Made by a program: the position numbers and the translations under genes. This document shows positions 1-8,565 of a DNA stretch of 64,000 nucleotides, one piece after another. The DNA is from Candidatus Latescibacterota bacterium (lineage in GTDB: Bacteria > Latescibacterota > UBA2968). The DNA is taken from assembly GCA_965204375.1 (NCBI GenBank), contig OZ241986.1, positions 6,016,001-6,080,000 on the forward strand, read 5' to 3'. Below the pieces are notes generated by a model. It was not told where the DNA came from. It was given only the letters and a program-made list of their open reading frames with translations, and searched no databases. Numbering within the stretch: position 1 is the stretch's first letter; the number at the start of each line of letters is the position of its first letter.

Positions 1-82
1 ACAGGAACTCGGCACGGCGCAAAAGGTGTCGCCAAAGCGGTTGTACGATAAATTGGAGCAGGTGAGAGGGATGGCGTAGTTT

Positions 83-1861
83 ATGAGTCTCAATTTTTTT
101 AAGCCCTTTGCGGAGTATGTATATCCCCATCGATGGAAGATTTTTTGGGGATTGGTGCTGTTGCTGGGTACGCAAGGGGTTCAGGCGCTCGTTCCGTTGT
201 TGATGAAATGGGCGATTGATACGGCCAAAGCGGGGCTGGATGCCGGGGATCTTACTGGCGATGTGGTCGATACAATCACGGGTAGCCCGATGGGCGATTT
301 GCAGATGTACGGGGCAATCATGGTTGCACTTGGCATTGCCCAATGGGGCATGTCATTTGGGATGCGCTGGTTTATTGCCAGTGCTTCTCGCTTTATAGAG
401 CGCGATATTCGCACGATTTATGTGCGACATATTGTGCGGCTACCGCTGAGTTTTTTCCAGGCGCAACGCGTGGGCGATTTAATGGCGCGGGCGACCAATG
501 ATGTGGAAGCGATTCAGCGGTTTTTTTATTTTGCGTATCGCCTGTCGCTACAGGCGGTTTTGAGTTTTGTGCTCAGTCTCATTTTGATGTGCATTATTGA
601 CTGGCAGTTGGCTCTTTTGGCGCTGGCTCCTATGCCCGTGATGGCTTTTTGTGCGCGGTGGGTCGGGCAAAAGGTGCGCGTGGGCTACCGACGGGTTCAG
701 GAACAGTTTGCCGCCGTTAGTTCAAAAATTCAGGAAAATTTGACGGGTATGCGAATGGTCAAAGCCTTTGCTATGCGCCCGCTTGAGATTGTGGATTTTG
801 GAATTCTCAATGAAGAATACGTCACGCGCAACCGCCATTTGATTAAAATCCGCAGTCTGTATTATCCGTTCACGTTTTTGTTGAGCGGTGTTTCTATGAT
901 TGTGATTTTGTGGCTGGGTGGTCTGCGGGTGATTGAGGGGAGTTTGAGCCTGGGGGCATTTGTGGCGTTCAATGCGTATTTGCTGCGGATGAGTCGCCCG
1001 ATGTCGATGTTGGGGCGAATTGTCGATGAGTATCAACGCGCCGTGGCTTCGCTGAGGCGTATTGAAGAGGTTTTGAAAGTATCGCCGCAACCCGATGTGG
1101 TGGGTGGCACAATGGGGGATATCAGAGGGGAGATCGAATTTCGCAATACGAGTTTTTCTTATAATGGTCAGCGCGTACTCAAAGATATCAATCTTCGGAT
1201 TCCAGCGGGAAGTACGCTTGCCGTGGTGGGGCGCGTGGGGTCGGGAAAATCCACGCTGGCGCGGTTGATTCCCCGGTTGATCCAGGCGAATGAAGGGCGG
1301 GTTTTTATCGATGGCAAGCCGGTGGAAGATATACCGCTTGAGACCATTCGAGACGCGACCGGGTATGTGCCGCAGGACGCATTTTTGTTTTCGGATACGA
1401 TTCGGGAAAATGTGGCTTTGGGTACGCGGGCAGAGGGCGATGTTGTGCGCGCGACCGAGATTTCGCAATTGGCTCCCGATTTGCACCTTTTTCCCGAGCA
1501 ATTGGAGACGATTGTAGGAGAGCGCGGGGTCACGCTTTCGGGGGGACAAAAACAGCGCACCGCTATTGCGCGCGCGGTGATTCGAGAGCCGCGGATTCTG
1601 ATTATGGACGATGCATTGGCCAGCGTGGATACGCGGACAGAGGAAGAGATTCTCAAATATTTGCGCGAGATTATGGCTTCGCGTACGACGATTTTAATTG
1701 CCCATCGCATTTCGACTGTGAAAGATGCCGATCATATTATTGTGCTGGATGAGGGGCGCATTGTAGAGCAGGGGTCACACGATGAATTGGTTGAGTACGA
1801 TGGGATTTATGCGGATATGTTTCGACGCCAGCACCTGGCTCAAGAATTGGAAATATTGTAA
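83..1861 (+). CDS. ABC exporter, fused TMD-NBD subunit (MdlA/YheI-like)
   Basis: N-terminal TM helices; Walker A GRVGSGKS, signature LSGGQKQR, degenerate Walker B IMDD; stop overlaps the next start. Confidence 0.9.
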   Translation: MSLNFFKPFAEYVYPHRWKIFWGLVLLLGTQGVQALVPLLMKWAIDTAKAGLDAGDLTGDVVDTITGSPMGDLQMYGAIMVALGIAQWGMSFGMRWFIASASRFIERDIRTIYVRHIVRLPLSFFQAQRVGDLMARATNDVEAIQRFFYFAYRLSLQAVLSFVLSLILMCIIDWQLALLALAPMPVMAFCARWVGQKVRVGYRRVQEQFAAVSSKIQENLTGMRMVKAFAMRPLEIVDFGILNEEYVTRNRHLIKIRSLYYPFTFLLSGVSMIVILWLGGLRVIEGSLSLGAFVAFNAYLLRMSRPMSMLGRIVDEYQRAVASLRRIEEVLKVSPQPDVVGGTMGDIRGEIEFRNTSFSYNGQRVLKDINLRIPAGSTLAVVGRVGSGKSTLARLIPRLIQANEGRVFIDGKPVEDIPLETIRDATGYVPQDAFLFSDTIRENVALGTRAEGDVVRATEISQLAPDLHLFPEQLETIVGERGVTLSGGQKQRTAIARAVIREPRILIMDDALASVDTRTEEEILKYLREIMASRTTILIAHRISTVKDADHIIVLDEGRIVEQGSHDELVEYDGIYADMFRRQHLAQELEIL

Positions 1862-3615
1862 TGGAAGAAGAGGAAATTGGTCATAAGGGTTTTGATCTGC
1901 GTTTGATGGCGCGCCTGTTGAACTTTCTCAGGCCCTACGCGCGGTGGGTTGTCCTCACGTTTGTGCTCATTATTGTCGCGGCGATTGTGCGGCAGGCCGG
2001 GCCTTATTTGACCAAGATTGCAGTGGATGATTATATCGTGCCGGGAGATGTGGATGGGTTGACCTATCTGGTCATGCTCTATGTCGGTCTGCTTGTCGCG
2101 CAATTTGGCGTGGGATATTGCCAGAGTTGGACGACCAATATGATCGGTCAATGGGCTATGCACGATGTGCGGTTGCAGATTTTTATGCATTTGCAGCGGT
2201 TGCCCATGCGATATTTCGACCGCACGCCTGTGGGGCGCTTGATGGCGCGCAATACAAATGATGTGGATGCCCTCAACGAGTTGTTTACCGATGGCATTGT
2301 GTCGATGATCAGCGATATTTTTACGATTGTCACGATTCTCGCATACATTTTTTATATGGATGTCACGCTCGGTTTGATGATCTGTCTCGCATTGCCCGTG
2401 GCTTTTGTCGCAACCGTATGGCTGCAGAATAAGACCTTTTTTGCGTATCGCGTTGCGCGCACGCTGTTCGCGCGATTTAGTTCTTCGCTACAGGAGACCG
2501 TGTCCGGGATGGAGGTGGTGCAGTTATTTGGTTGCGAAGATCGCTGTGTGAAGCGGTTTGAAGATCCGAATAAAGAGTATCTGGATGCGCGATTAAAGAG
2601 TACGTTTTACCATGCGATTTATTTTCCGATCATGGAGTTGGGCGGTGTTTTGTTGTCTGCATTGGTGTTGTGGTATGGCGGCGTGCGGGTGCTGGATGGG
2701 GAAATTCAGTGGGGCGTGCTCGTGGCAATGTTGCAGTATGTTCCGCGGTTTTTTATGCCTCTCCGCGATATTGCCGATCGTTTTACCGTGCTTCAGGTTG
2801 CGATGGCGTCTTCAGAGCGCATTTTTGAGTTGTTGGATACAAAGCCAGAATCACTTGGTGGTTCTGTGAAGGCCGATCACTTGAAGGGCGAGATTGAGTT
2901 TCAAAATGTCTGGTTTGCGTACAACGAAGGCGAATGGGTGCTGCGCGATGTGTCTTTTCGCGTTGCGCCGGGGCAGAGTTTGGCACTGGTCGGGGCGACG
3001 GGCGCGGGCAAGAGTACGGTGATTGGTCTGGTGTGTCGGTTCTACGATATTCAGCGGGGTGCGATTCTGGTGGATGGTGTCGATATTCGCGAGTGGGATG
3101 TCGAGGAGCTTCGCAGACGCATTGGGGTCGTGCAACAGGATGTTTTTCTCTTTGCCGGCGATATTGAGGCCAATATCAGTTTGGGACATCCGCGCATTAG
3201 CCGCCAGGAGGTCGAGCAAGCCGCGCGCGATGTCAATGCAGACCGGTTTATCGACAGGTTGCCCGATACCTATGCGCACGAGGTCCTGGAGCGGGGTAGT
3301 TCTCTTTCGGTCGGGCAGCGTCAGTTGATATCTTTTGCGCGTACGCTGGCTTCTGGTCCAGATATTCTCATTCTGGATGAGGCAACGGCGAATGTGGATA
3401 CGGAGACCGAGATGTGGATTCAGGATGCGGTGGCAAAATTGATGCGGTCGCGGACTTCGATTGCGATTGCACACCGCCTTTCGACCATTCGAAATGCGGA
3501 TAATATTCTGGTGATGCACCGCGGGCAAATCCGCGAGGAAGGCGACCACGATACGCTGCTCAAGCAGAATGGGATCTATGCCCGGCTCTACCAGTTGCAA
3601 TATGAAGGTACTTGA
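1861..3615 (+). CDS. ABC exporter, fused TMD-NBD subunit (MdlB/YheH-like), heterodimer partner
   Basis: TM domain; Walker A GATGAGKS, degenerate signature LSVGQRQ, Walker B ILDE; complementary degeneracy to the upstream subunit is typical of heterodimeric exporters. Confidence 0.9.
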   Translation: MEEEEIGHKGFDLRLMARLLNFLRPYARWVVLTFVLIIVAAIVRQAGPYLTKIAVDDYIVPGDVDGLTYLVMLYVGLLVAQFGVGYCQSWTTNMIGQWAMHDVRLQIFMHLQRLPMRYFDRTPVGRLMARNTNDVDALNELFTDGIVSMISDIFTIVTILAYIFYMDVTLGLMICLALPVAFVATVWLQNKTFFAYRVARTLFARFSSSLQETVSGMEVVQLFGCEDRCVKRFEDPNKEYLDARLKSTFYHAIYFPIMELGGVLLSALVLWYGGVRVLDGEIQWGVLVAMLQYVPRFFMPLRDIADRFTVLQVAMASSERIFELLDTKPESLGGSVKADHLKGEIEFQNVWFAYNEGEWVLRDVSFRVAPGQSLALVGATGAGKSTVIGLVCRFYDIQRGAILVDGVDIREWDVEELRRRIGVVQQDVFLFAGDIEANISLGHPRISRQEVEQAARDVNADRFIDRLPDTYAHEVLERGSSLSVGQRQLISFARTLASGPDILILDEATANVDTETEMWIQDAVAKLMRSRTSIAIAHRLSTIRNADNILVMHRGQIREEGDHDTLLKQNGIYARLYQLQYEGT

Positions 3616-3648
3616 TGGTATTTTGCCCATTTTTCAAGGAGGTGTAAC

Positions 3649-4530
3649 ATGTTGTTCGGAGAAGGCGATTATCGGTACGAGGAAGTCGAGGGATGGGCGA
3701 AGTTGCCCGAGGGATGGGTGTTTACGCAGGTTTCGGATGCTGCGGTGGATTCACAGGGCCGCATTTACGCATTTACGCGCGGGATTCATCCCGTGGTTGT
3801 GTTTGATAAGGCTGGCAATTTTATTACGTCGTGGGGTTATGGCGATTTTGGCATTTCGCCGAATTTGATCAGTCAGTCACACGGTATTTTTATCGATCCG
3901 GACGATAAGGTGTTTTTGACGGATTCGTATCAGCATATTGTCAGGCGTTATACCCGTTTGGGCGAGTTGGAACGCGAATGGGGTACCCGCGGGGTTCCCG
4001 GTCCGACGTTTCATCGCAGGGAATACAATATGCCAACGGGTGTTGCTTATGCGCCAGATGGAAATTCGTTTTACGTGTCGGATGGGTATGGCAGCCGGTG
4101 TGTTCACAAGTATTCGCGCGAGGGCGAGCATCTCGCGGTGTGGGGCGAAGGGGGGAGTGGACCGGGGCAGTTTGCATTGGTTCACAATATCGGGTGCGAT
4201 AAGACCGGGCGGGTTCTGGTGTGCGACCGGGAGAATAGCCGCATTCAGATTTTCGATCCAGACGGCGAGTTTATGGAGATGTGGACCGATGTGATGATGC
4301 CGGGGGATGTGTGGATTACGGATGACAATACGATTTATGTGGCGGAGCAAGGGGGCGGGGGACGCATTAGCGTGTGGTCTGCGGATGGGGAGTTGATTTG
4401 CCGCTTTGAAGATAAGAGCGCCGTGCAGTCGCCGCATGGGCTTTGCGTGGATGACGAGGGTAGTATTTATGTGGCTGAGATCGGTATGGGTGGACAGGGA
4501 CAGCGGTTGCAAAAATTTGCGAGGGTTTAG
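3649..4530 (+). CDS. NHL-repeat beta-propeller protein (peptidyl-alpha-hydroxyglycine alpha-amidating lyase-like)
   Basis: Repeats such as HGIFIDPDDKVFLTD, PTGVAYAPDGNSFYVSDGYG, GPGQFALVHNI and VCDRENSRIQIFD; SD AAGGAGG upstream. Confidence 0.85.
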   Translation: MLFGEGDYRYEEVEGWAKLPEGWVFTQVSDAAVDSQGRIYAFTRGIHPVVVFDKAGNFITSWGYGDFGISPNLISQSHGIFIDPDDKVFLTDSYQHIVRRYTRLGELEREWGTRGVPGPTFHRREYNMPTGVAYAPDGNSFYVSDGYGSRCVHKYSREGEHLAVWGEGGSGPGQFALVHNIGCDKTGRVLVCDRENSRIQIFDPDGEFMEMWTDVMMPGDVWITDDNTIYVAEQGGGGRISVWSADGELICRFEDKSAVQSPHGLCVDDEGSIYVAEIGMGGQGQRLQKFARV

Positions 4531-4564
4531 GGTTTTCAGGTAACTACAACATAGCGGGGTTTTT

Positions 4565-5308
4565 ATGGCTACACCAAATCGCATTCTCGAGCGTTATCGC
4601 AATGGCGAAAAAGCCGTTGGCGTGCAGATGAGTTTTGTTTCAGAAATTGTGATCGAAGTGGCGGCTAAGATGGGGATGGATTTTATTTCGCTGGATGGGC
4701 AGCACGGCGCATTGACGCTGCCGACTATTGAGACGGTCTGTCGCCTTTGCGATGCTTATGGTATGACGCCAACCATGCGGGTTGTGGATCAGTCCGAGGC
4801 GGCTATTTTGACGGCTCTGGACCGGGGCATGCAGATGATTACGGTGCCCAATTTGCAGACTGCTGAGGAAGCCGAGCAGATTGTCCAGTTTGGTTTTTAC
4901 GGGCCTTTGGGACGGCGGAGCGCGATGAGCCAGCGCGTGGCGTATAGTTTGAATGATACCAGCGATAGTCGAGAAATTTTTGAGTTTACAAATGACAATA
5001 CCATTATTGTGCCGCAGCTCGAGAGCAAGACGGCTTTTGACAATTTGGATGAGATTCTTCAGGTTGATGGGCTTATGTTTTTTGCGGGTGGTCCTCAAGA
5101 TATTGCGCAGTCTATGGGGTATCCCGGGGAGCCGAATCATCCAGAGTGCATAGCGGCTTATGAGGCGGCGTGTGATAAGGTACGTGCGGCGGGAAAGCAC
5201 ATGAGTGGCGATGTGATGGTTAGTTTGGATGCTTTTGGGGCGATTTACGATGCGGGGAAGGCGTTGCTCGAAGCACATGGCCGCGAGTGCGGTATGAAGA
5301 TTGGTTGA
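4565..5308 (+). CDS. HpcH/HpaI aldolase family protein
   Basis: DFISLDGQHG, ALDRG, PLGRRS, PQLES and GPQDIAQSMG match the HpcH family pattern. Confidence 0.8.
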   Translation: MATPNRILERYRNGEKAVGVQMSFVSEIVIEVAAKMGMDFISLDGQHGALTLPTIETVCRLCDAYGMTPTMRVVDQSEAAILTALDRGMQMITVPNLQTAEEAEQIVQFGFYGPLGRRSAMSQRVAYSLNDTSDSREIFEFTNDNTIIVPQLESKTAFDNLDEILQVDGLMFFAGGPQDIAQSMGYPGEPNHPECIAAYEAACDKVRAAGKHMSGDVMVSLDAFGAIYDAGKALLEAHGRECGMKIG

Positions 5309-5322
5309 ATTGCGAGGTACAT

Positions 5323-6732
5323 TTGTCTAAGGCACAGGTTGAATCCGGGGAGGCAGAACCGCTGTCTCCTCGGGCGGCTCGGCGCGTGTTGATTAGCCTG
5401 ATGTTTTCGTCTATGCTGATGCCTATGGTGTCTGGCATGTCGCGGGTTGCACTGCCGGTTATTCGGGATGATTTTGGGATTCCCGCAGATTTGACGGCGT
5501 GGGTTCTGGCAGCTTTTATGCTGCCTTTTGTCGTTTTGATGCCGATTTATGGGCGTTTGAGCGATGGCGTTGACCGGCGGTTGTTGATTTTGGCGGGGAC
5601 TGTGATTTTCGGCGTTGGTTCCACGATGACATTTCTGGCGCCGAATATGCGCTGGTTGATGGCTGGCAGGGCGATTCAGGGGATTGGCGTGGGGGGGATG
5701 ACGCCGATGGGTATGGCGCTGCTTGTGTCGATTTTTAGTGAGGGAGAACGCGGGCGCGTCCTGGGGACGTGGAGTGCGGTGGGTCCGGCGATGAGTTTTT
5801 CGTCGTCGTTTGTCGCGGGTCTTCTCATTGCTCTTTGGGGTTGGCGCGCCGCTTTTGTGCCGGGTCTTTTGCTCAGTGTGGTGACTTTTGTCGCGATTTA
5901 CAGGGGGGTACCTTCTCAGGTGGTTGGGGAGGCTTCCAGGTTTTTGCGGCAGTTTGATTGGGGTGGGGTCGGGTTGTTGTCGGGTGGGATTGTGTTTCTG
6001 ATGTTTTATCTGTCCAGTCGGTCTGTGACGGGGGTTGCCCCGTTTGAGGATTGGCGGTTGCTTTCGGGCGCGGGGTTGTTTTTTGCGGGTTTCTGGTGGT
6101 GGGAAAGAGGGCGGAGAGATCCTTTTCTTCCGCTCAATTTTTTTGGCAATCGCATGTTTTGCCGGGTGACGTTTTGCGCTTCGATGCGGATGTTTGTGCA
6201 GGGTGGTATTGGGGTGTTGATGCCGCTGTATCTGGTCGATGTTCACCGCATGGGTCCGGCACTGTTGGGCGTGTTTTTGATTATTAGCTCTGCGGCGATG
6301 ACGCTGATTGTTCGGTTTGGTGGGCAGATGTCCGATCGTTTTCAGAGTCGGTGGCTGGTGATGATTGGGATGTTTGTGCAGTTGACGGTGATGTTGGCTT
6401 TTGCCCATTTGTCCGATGCGATTTCGATATGGGTTATTGCTGGTCTGCTGACGTATTATGGGCTTGGGGCGGGGTTGATGCTGGCTGCACTGCACAGTAC
6501 GGTTATGGGGACTGTCGATTCAGACCAGATGGGGGCCGCTGCGGGTCTTTATAGCATGTTGCGGTTTATGGGTATGGCGATCAGTACGGCTTTGATCGGG
6601 GTGGTGTTGCAGTTTTTCTTCGATGCAAATCTGGCTACCCTCGATGCGTACCAGAAGGTGTTTATGGTGCTTGCGATATTTCCCGTTCTGGGGATGGTGG
6701 TGGGATTTGGGTTGCGGGAAAAGAGGGTGTGA
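5323..6732 (+). CDS. MFS transporter (DHA2/EmrB-like, about 14 TM)
   Basis: Motif A GRLSDGVDRR, GRAIQGIG, many hydrophobic helices; TTG start chosen from the GAGG SD, start uncertain. Confidence 0.85.
   Translation: MSKAQVESGEAEPLSPRAARRVLISLMFSSMLMPMVSGMSRVALPVIRDDFGIPADLTAWVLAAFMLPFVVLMPIYGRLSDGVDRRLLILAGTVIFGVGSTMTFLAPNMRWLMAGRAIQGIGVGGMTPMGMALLVSIFSEGERGRVLGTWSAVGPAMSFSSSFVAGLLIALWGWRAAFVPGLLLSVVTFVAIYRGVPSQVVGEASRFLRQFDWGGVGLLSGGIVFLMFYLSSRSVTGVAPFEDWRLLSGAGLFFAGFWWWERGRRDPFLPLNFFGNRMFCRVTFCASMRMFVQGGIGVLMPLYLVDVHRMGPALLGVFLIISSAAMTLIVRFGGQMSDRFQSRWLVMIGMFVQLTVMLAFAHLSDAISIWVIAGLLTYYGLGAGLMLAALHSTVMGTVDSDQMGAAAGLYSMLRFMGMAISTALIGVVLQFFFDANLATLDAYQKVFMVLAIFPVLGMVVGFGLREKRV
6605..6732 (+). 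repeat. Copy 1 (intact, in-gene) of a ~128-bp direct repeat equal to the MFS gene 3' end
   Basis: Aligns by eye to 8435-8563 through the TGA stop. Confidence 0.9.
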
Positions 6733-6962
6733 AAAAGTTTACAAGAGTGGAAGGTTTTGGGTGTCTTGCGGGGTCAAGTCCACTCTTCATAGGTGTCCAT
6801 CAGTTGCGATGCCATCGACGAGCGTATCGCCTGGTTCTTCAAAATAGCGATCAAAGTTTCAATCCTTTTAGACTTGGTATTAATGCGGTCCAGAAGGTAT
6901 CTCGGACGTTATTGCCCAGGACATTGATGATATTTGGGCTCTCTGATCAGAGCATATTAAGA

Positions 6963-8000
6963 TCAGCCAATTAAATAACGATTTACACAAGCATCTAAAA
7001 GGCTGTCATAAATTTCTTCTCTCTTTTTTACATTGATATATTGCCTAATTTCAGGCCGGTAGATTTGCGCGGCGGTAGAACACATAATAGATAAATGCAT
7101 AGCAATGCAGACTTTTGCGAGCCTCGAGTAATCTATGCTCCTGACTGATTCATACCCACGAAAGAGAGGTTTCTTTCGAGTTTCTTCAGGCGAAACAACC
7201 TCCAGAGGTTCTTCTAGTTTCCAAATCGGCGTCGGCTCACAAAGAAAGTTGGTTAAGTCTAAATATGGGTCACCAAAATCCATTGCTTCTACATCGATAA
7301 TAGCAGATACATCCCAATTTTGCCTATGGTCCTTAGAAAATAAAATCTCAGCATCTGCTTTGTACAAGGAATGCTTTGTGAGTTTTAGCCAAGGTGCTTT
7401 TTGGATCAGATCTTTCGCTTCAGAAATAGCACTTAGACTCACCTGATATTGCCCATCCTCTACGCATCTCTCGAGGTTTTCTATTGACCGTAGCAGAGTC
7501 TGTATAAAGCTTTGATTGTCTTGAGAGGATTTTTCCAATCCATGAATCTGAGCGCACAAAGCACCTACTTGCTCTTGAATCTTCATTTTTTCTATAGAAT
7601 TAGTGCGGGGATTGTCCGAATGAGCAAGAAATTGCCAATGCTCTCCTGAAACATACTCCATTATGATGTAGTTAGTAGAAACGAGCTGTCTGGTGTGATC
7701 AGTATATAATATTTTCGGTACAGGCAAACTCAGTTCTTGGCTTAGAAGCCTATAAATACCTTCTTCATGGATATAGCGGTCCTCTCTATTTGGAAGATCC
7801 CGGAAAAAGCGAAACACATAGCTCTTAGTTGAATTATGGCAACATACATGGTAGCAAATATGTTGGGTACAACCATCTATTCTGGGTATTCCCTGCTCAG
7901 AAATAGGGGTAATTTTAGATACTGAACTTACTCTATGATTTGTACCAAATACCTGCTTACAAATCGAAACGATCACTTCTCTTCGAATCGTATCTATCAT
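6963..8000 (-). CDS. Aminoglycoside/choline phosphotransferase (APH)-fold protein, divergent
   Basis: LPVPKILY, YIIMEYVSGE, IIDVE..FGDPYLDL; AT-richer than the flanks; ATG at 8000 preferred over the longer ORF call. Confidence 0.7.
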   Translation of the reverse strand: MIDTIRREVIVSICKQVFGTNHRVSSVSKITPISEQGIPRIDGCTQHICYHVCCHNSTKSYVFRFFRDLPNREDRYIHEEGIYRLLSQELSLPVPKILYTDHTRQLVSTNYIIMEYVSGEHWQFLAHSDNPRTNSIEKMKIQEQVGALCAQIHGLEKSSQDNQSFIQTLLRSIENLERCVEDGQYQVSLSAISEAKDLIQKAPWLKLTKHSLYKADAEILFSKDHRQNWDVSAIIDVEAMDFGDPYLDLTNFLCEPTPIWKLEEPLEVVSPEETRKKPLFRGYESVRSIDYSRLAKVCIAMHLSIMCSTAAQIYRPEIRQYINVKKREEIYDSLLDACVNRYLIG

Positions 8001-8074
8001 TTTGTTTAGTGCCCCTAAAAGAGTGCAATTGCTTAGGCAGAAAACCATTGGCAAAAATAAAAGGAGGGAGTAAA

Positions 8075-8254
8075 ATGGCAACCCATTCTGAAAAGCTAAC
8101 GGTACACGTAACATCTGGAGGTGGCCAGTATGTCGAAGCAAAAGAGCTACTCGCTAACCCCAAAGTTCAGGAAAAAATAAGAAAAATGGAAGGTCTATTT
8201 AAAAATAAACCGTCAAATGATACGCCATCGGAAGGCGGTGAATCGAGTGGGTAG
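8075..8254 (+). CDS. Small hypothetical protein (59 aa)
   Basis: Strong SD AAGGAGGGAG just before ATG 8075; open frame MATHSEKLTVHV...GESSG. Confidence 0.5.
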   Translation: MATHSEKLTVHVTSGGGQYVEAKELLANPKVQEKIRKMEGLFKNKPSNDTPSEGGESSG

Positions 8255-8283
8255 TCTTGGGTTGTGGAGGTTACCCTGTTTTA

Positions 8284-8392
8284 GATGCTGTTGCCGAATT
8301 CTGAATTCTGTTTAGACAGAGCTTGTATTCAAGTCACAAACAGCCGTTTTTACAACTGCTGACCACCTCTTGACCAATTCGGCAACAGCATC
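8284..8392. mobile_element. MITE-like non-autonomous element (109 bp)
   Basis: Perfect 17-bp terminal inverted repeats GATGCTGTTGCCGAATT (8284-8300) and AATTCGGCAACAGCATC (8376-8392), flanked by direct repeat GTTTTA (8278-8283, 8393-8398). Confidence 0.8.
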
Positions 8393-8434
8393 GTTTTAGT
8401 GGAGTATTTAGGGCTTGTGTATCAAGCCTGTGAT

Positions 8435-8563
8435 TGTTGCAGTTTTTCTTTGATGCGAATTTGGCTAACCCTCGACGCGTACCAGAAGGTGTTTATGGTG
8501 CTTGCGATATTCCCTGTTCTGGGGATGGTGGTGGGATTTGGAGTGCGGAAAAAGAAGGAGTGA
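8435..8563 (+). pseudogene. Displaced, frameshifted duplicate of the MFS gene 3' end (repeat copy 2)
   Basis: Near-identical to 6605-6732 with substitutions and a 1-nt insertion (ggctaaccctc vs ggctaccctc). Confidence 0.85.
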
Positions 8564-8565
8564 AG

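Noticed and set aside
2-79. Probable 3' end of an upstream CDS (QELGTAQKVSPKRLYDKLEQVRGMA*)
   Set aside because: Too short to assign a frame or product with confidence.
722-6495. Long antisense ORFs (e.g. 722-1549, 2851-3630, 5245-6495, and similar ones later such as 44342-45721 and 53973-55001)
   Set aside because: They are shadow frames opposite well-supported genes and have no recognisable motifs.
6733-6960. 81-aa plus-strand ORF and a minus-strand fragment (…RIETLIAILKNQAIRSSMASQLMDTYEEWT*)
   Set aside because: Neither has a recognisable motif or a convincing start; at most a gene remnant within the insert.
8010-8039. attC-like hairpin (GCCTAA…TTAGGGGCA on the minus strand) just upstream of the APH gene
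   Set aside because: Only about 30 bp, lacks the AAC/GTT core triplets, and no integron integrase or second site is visible.
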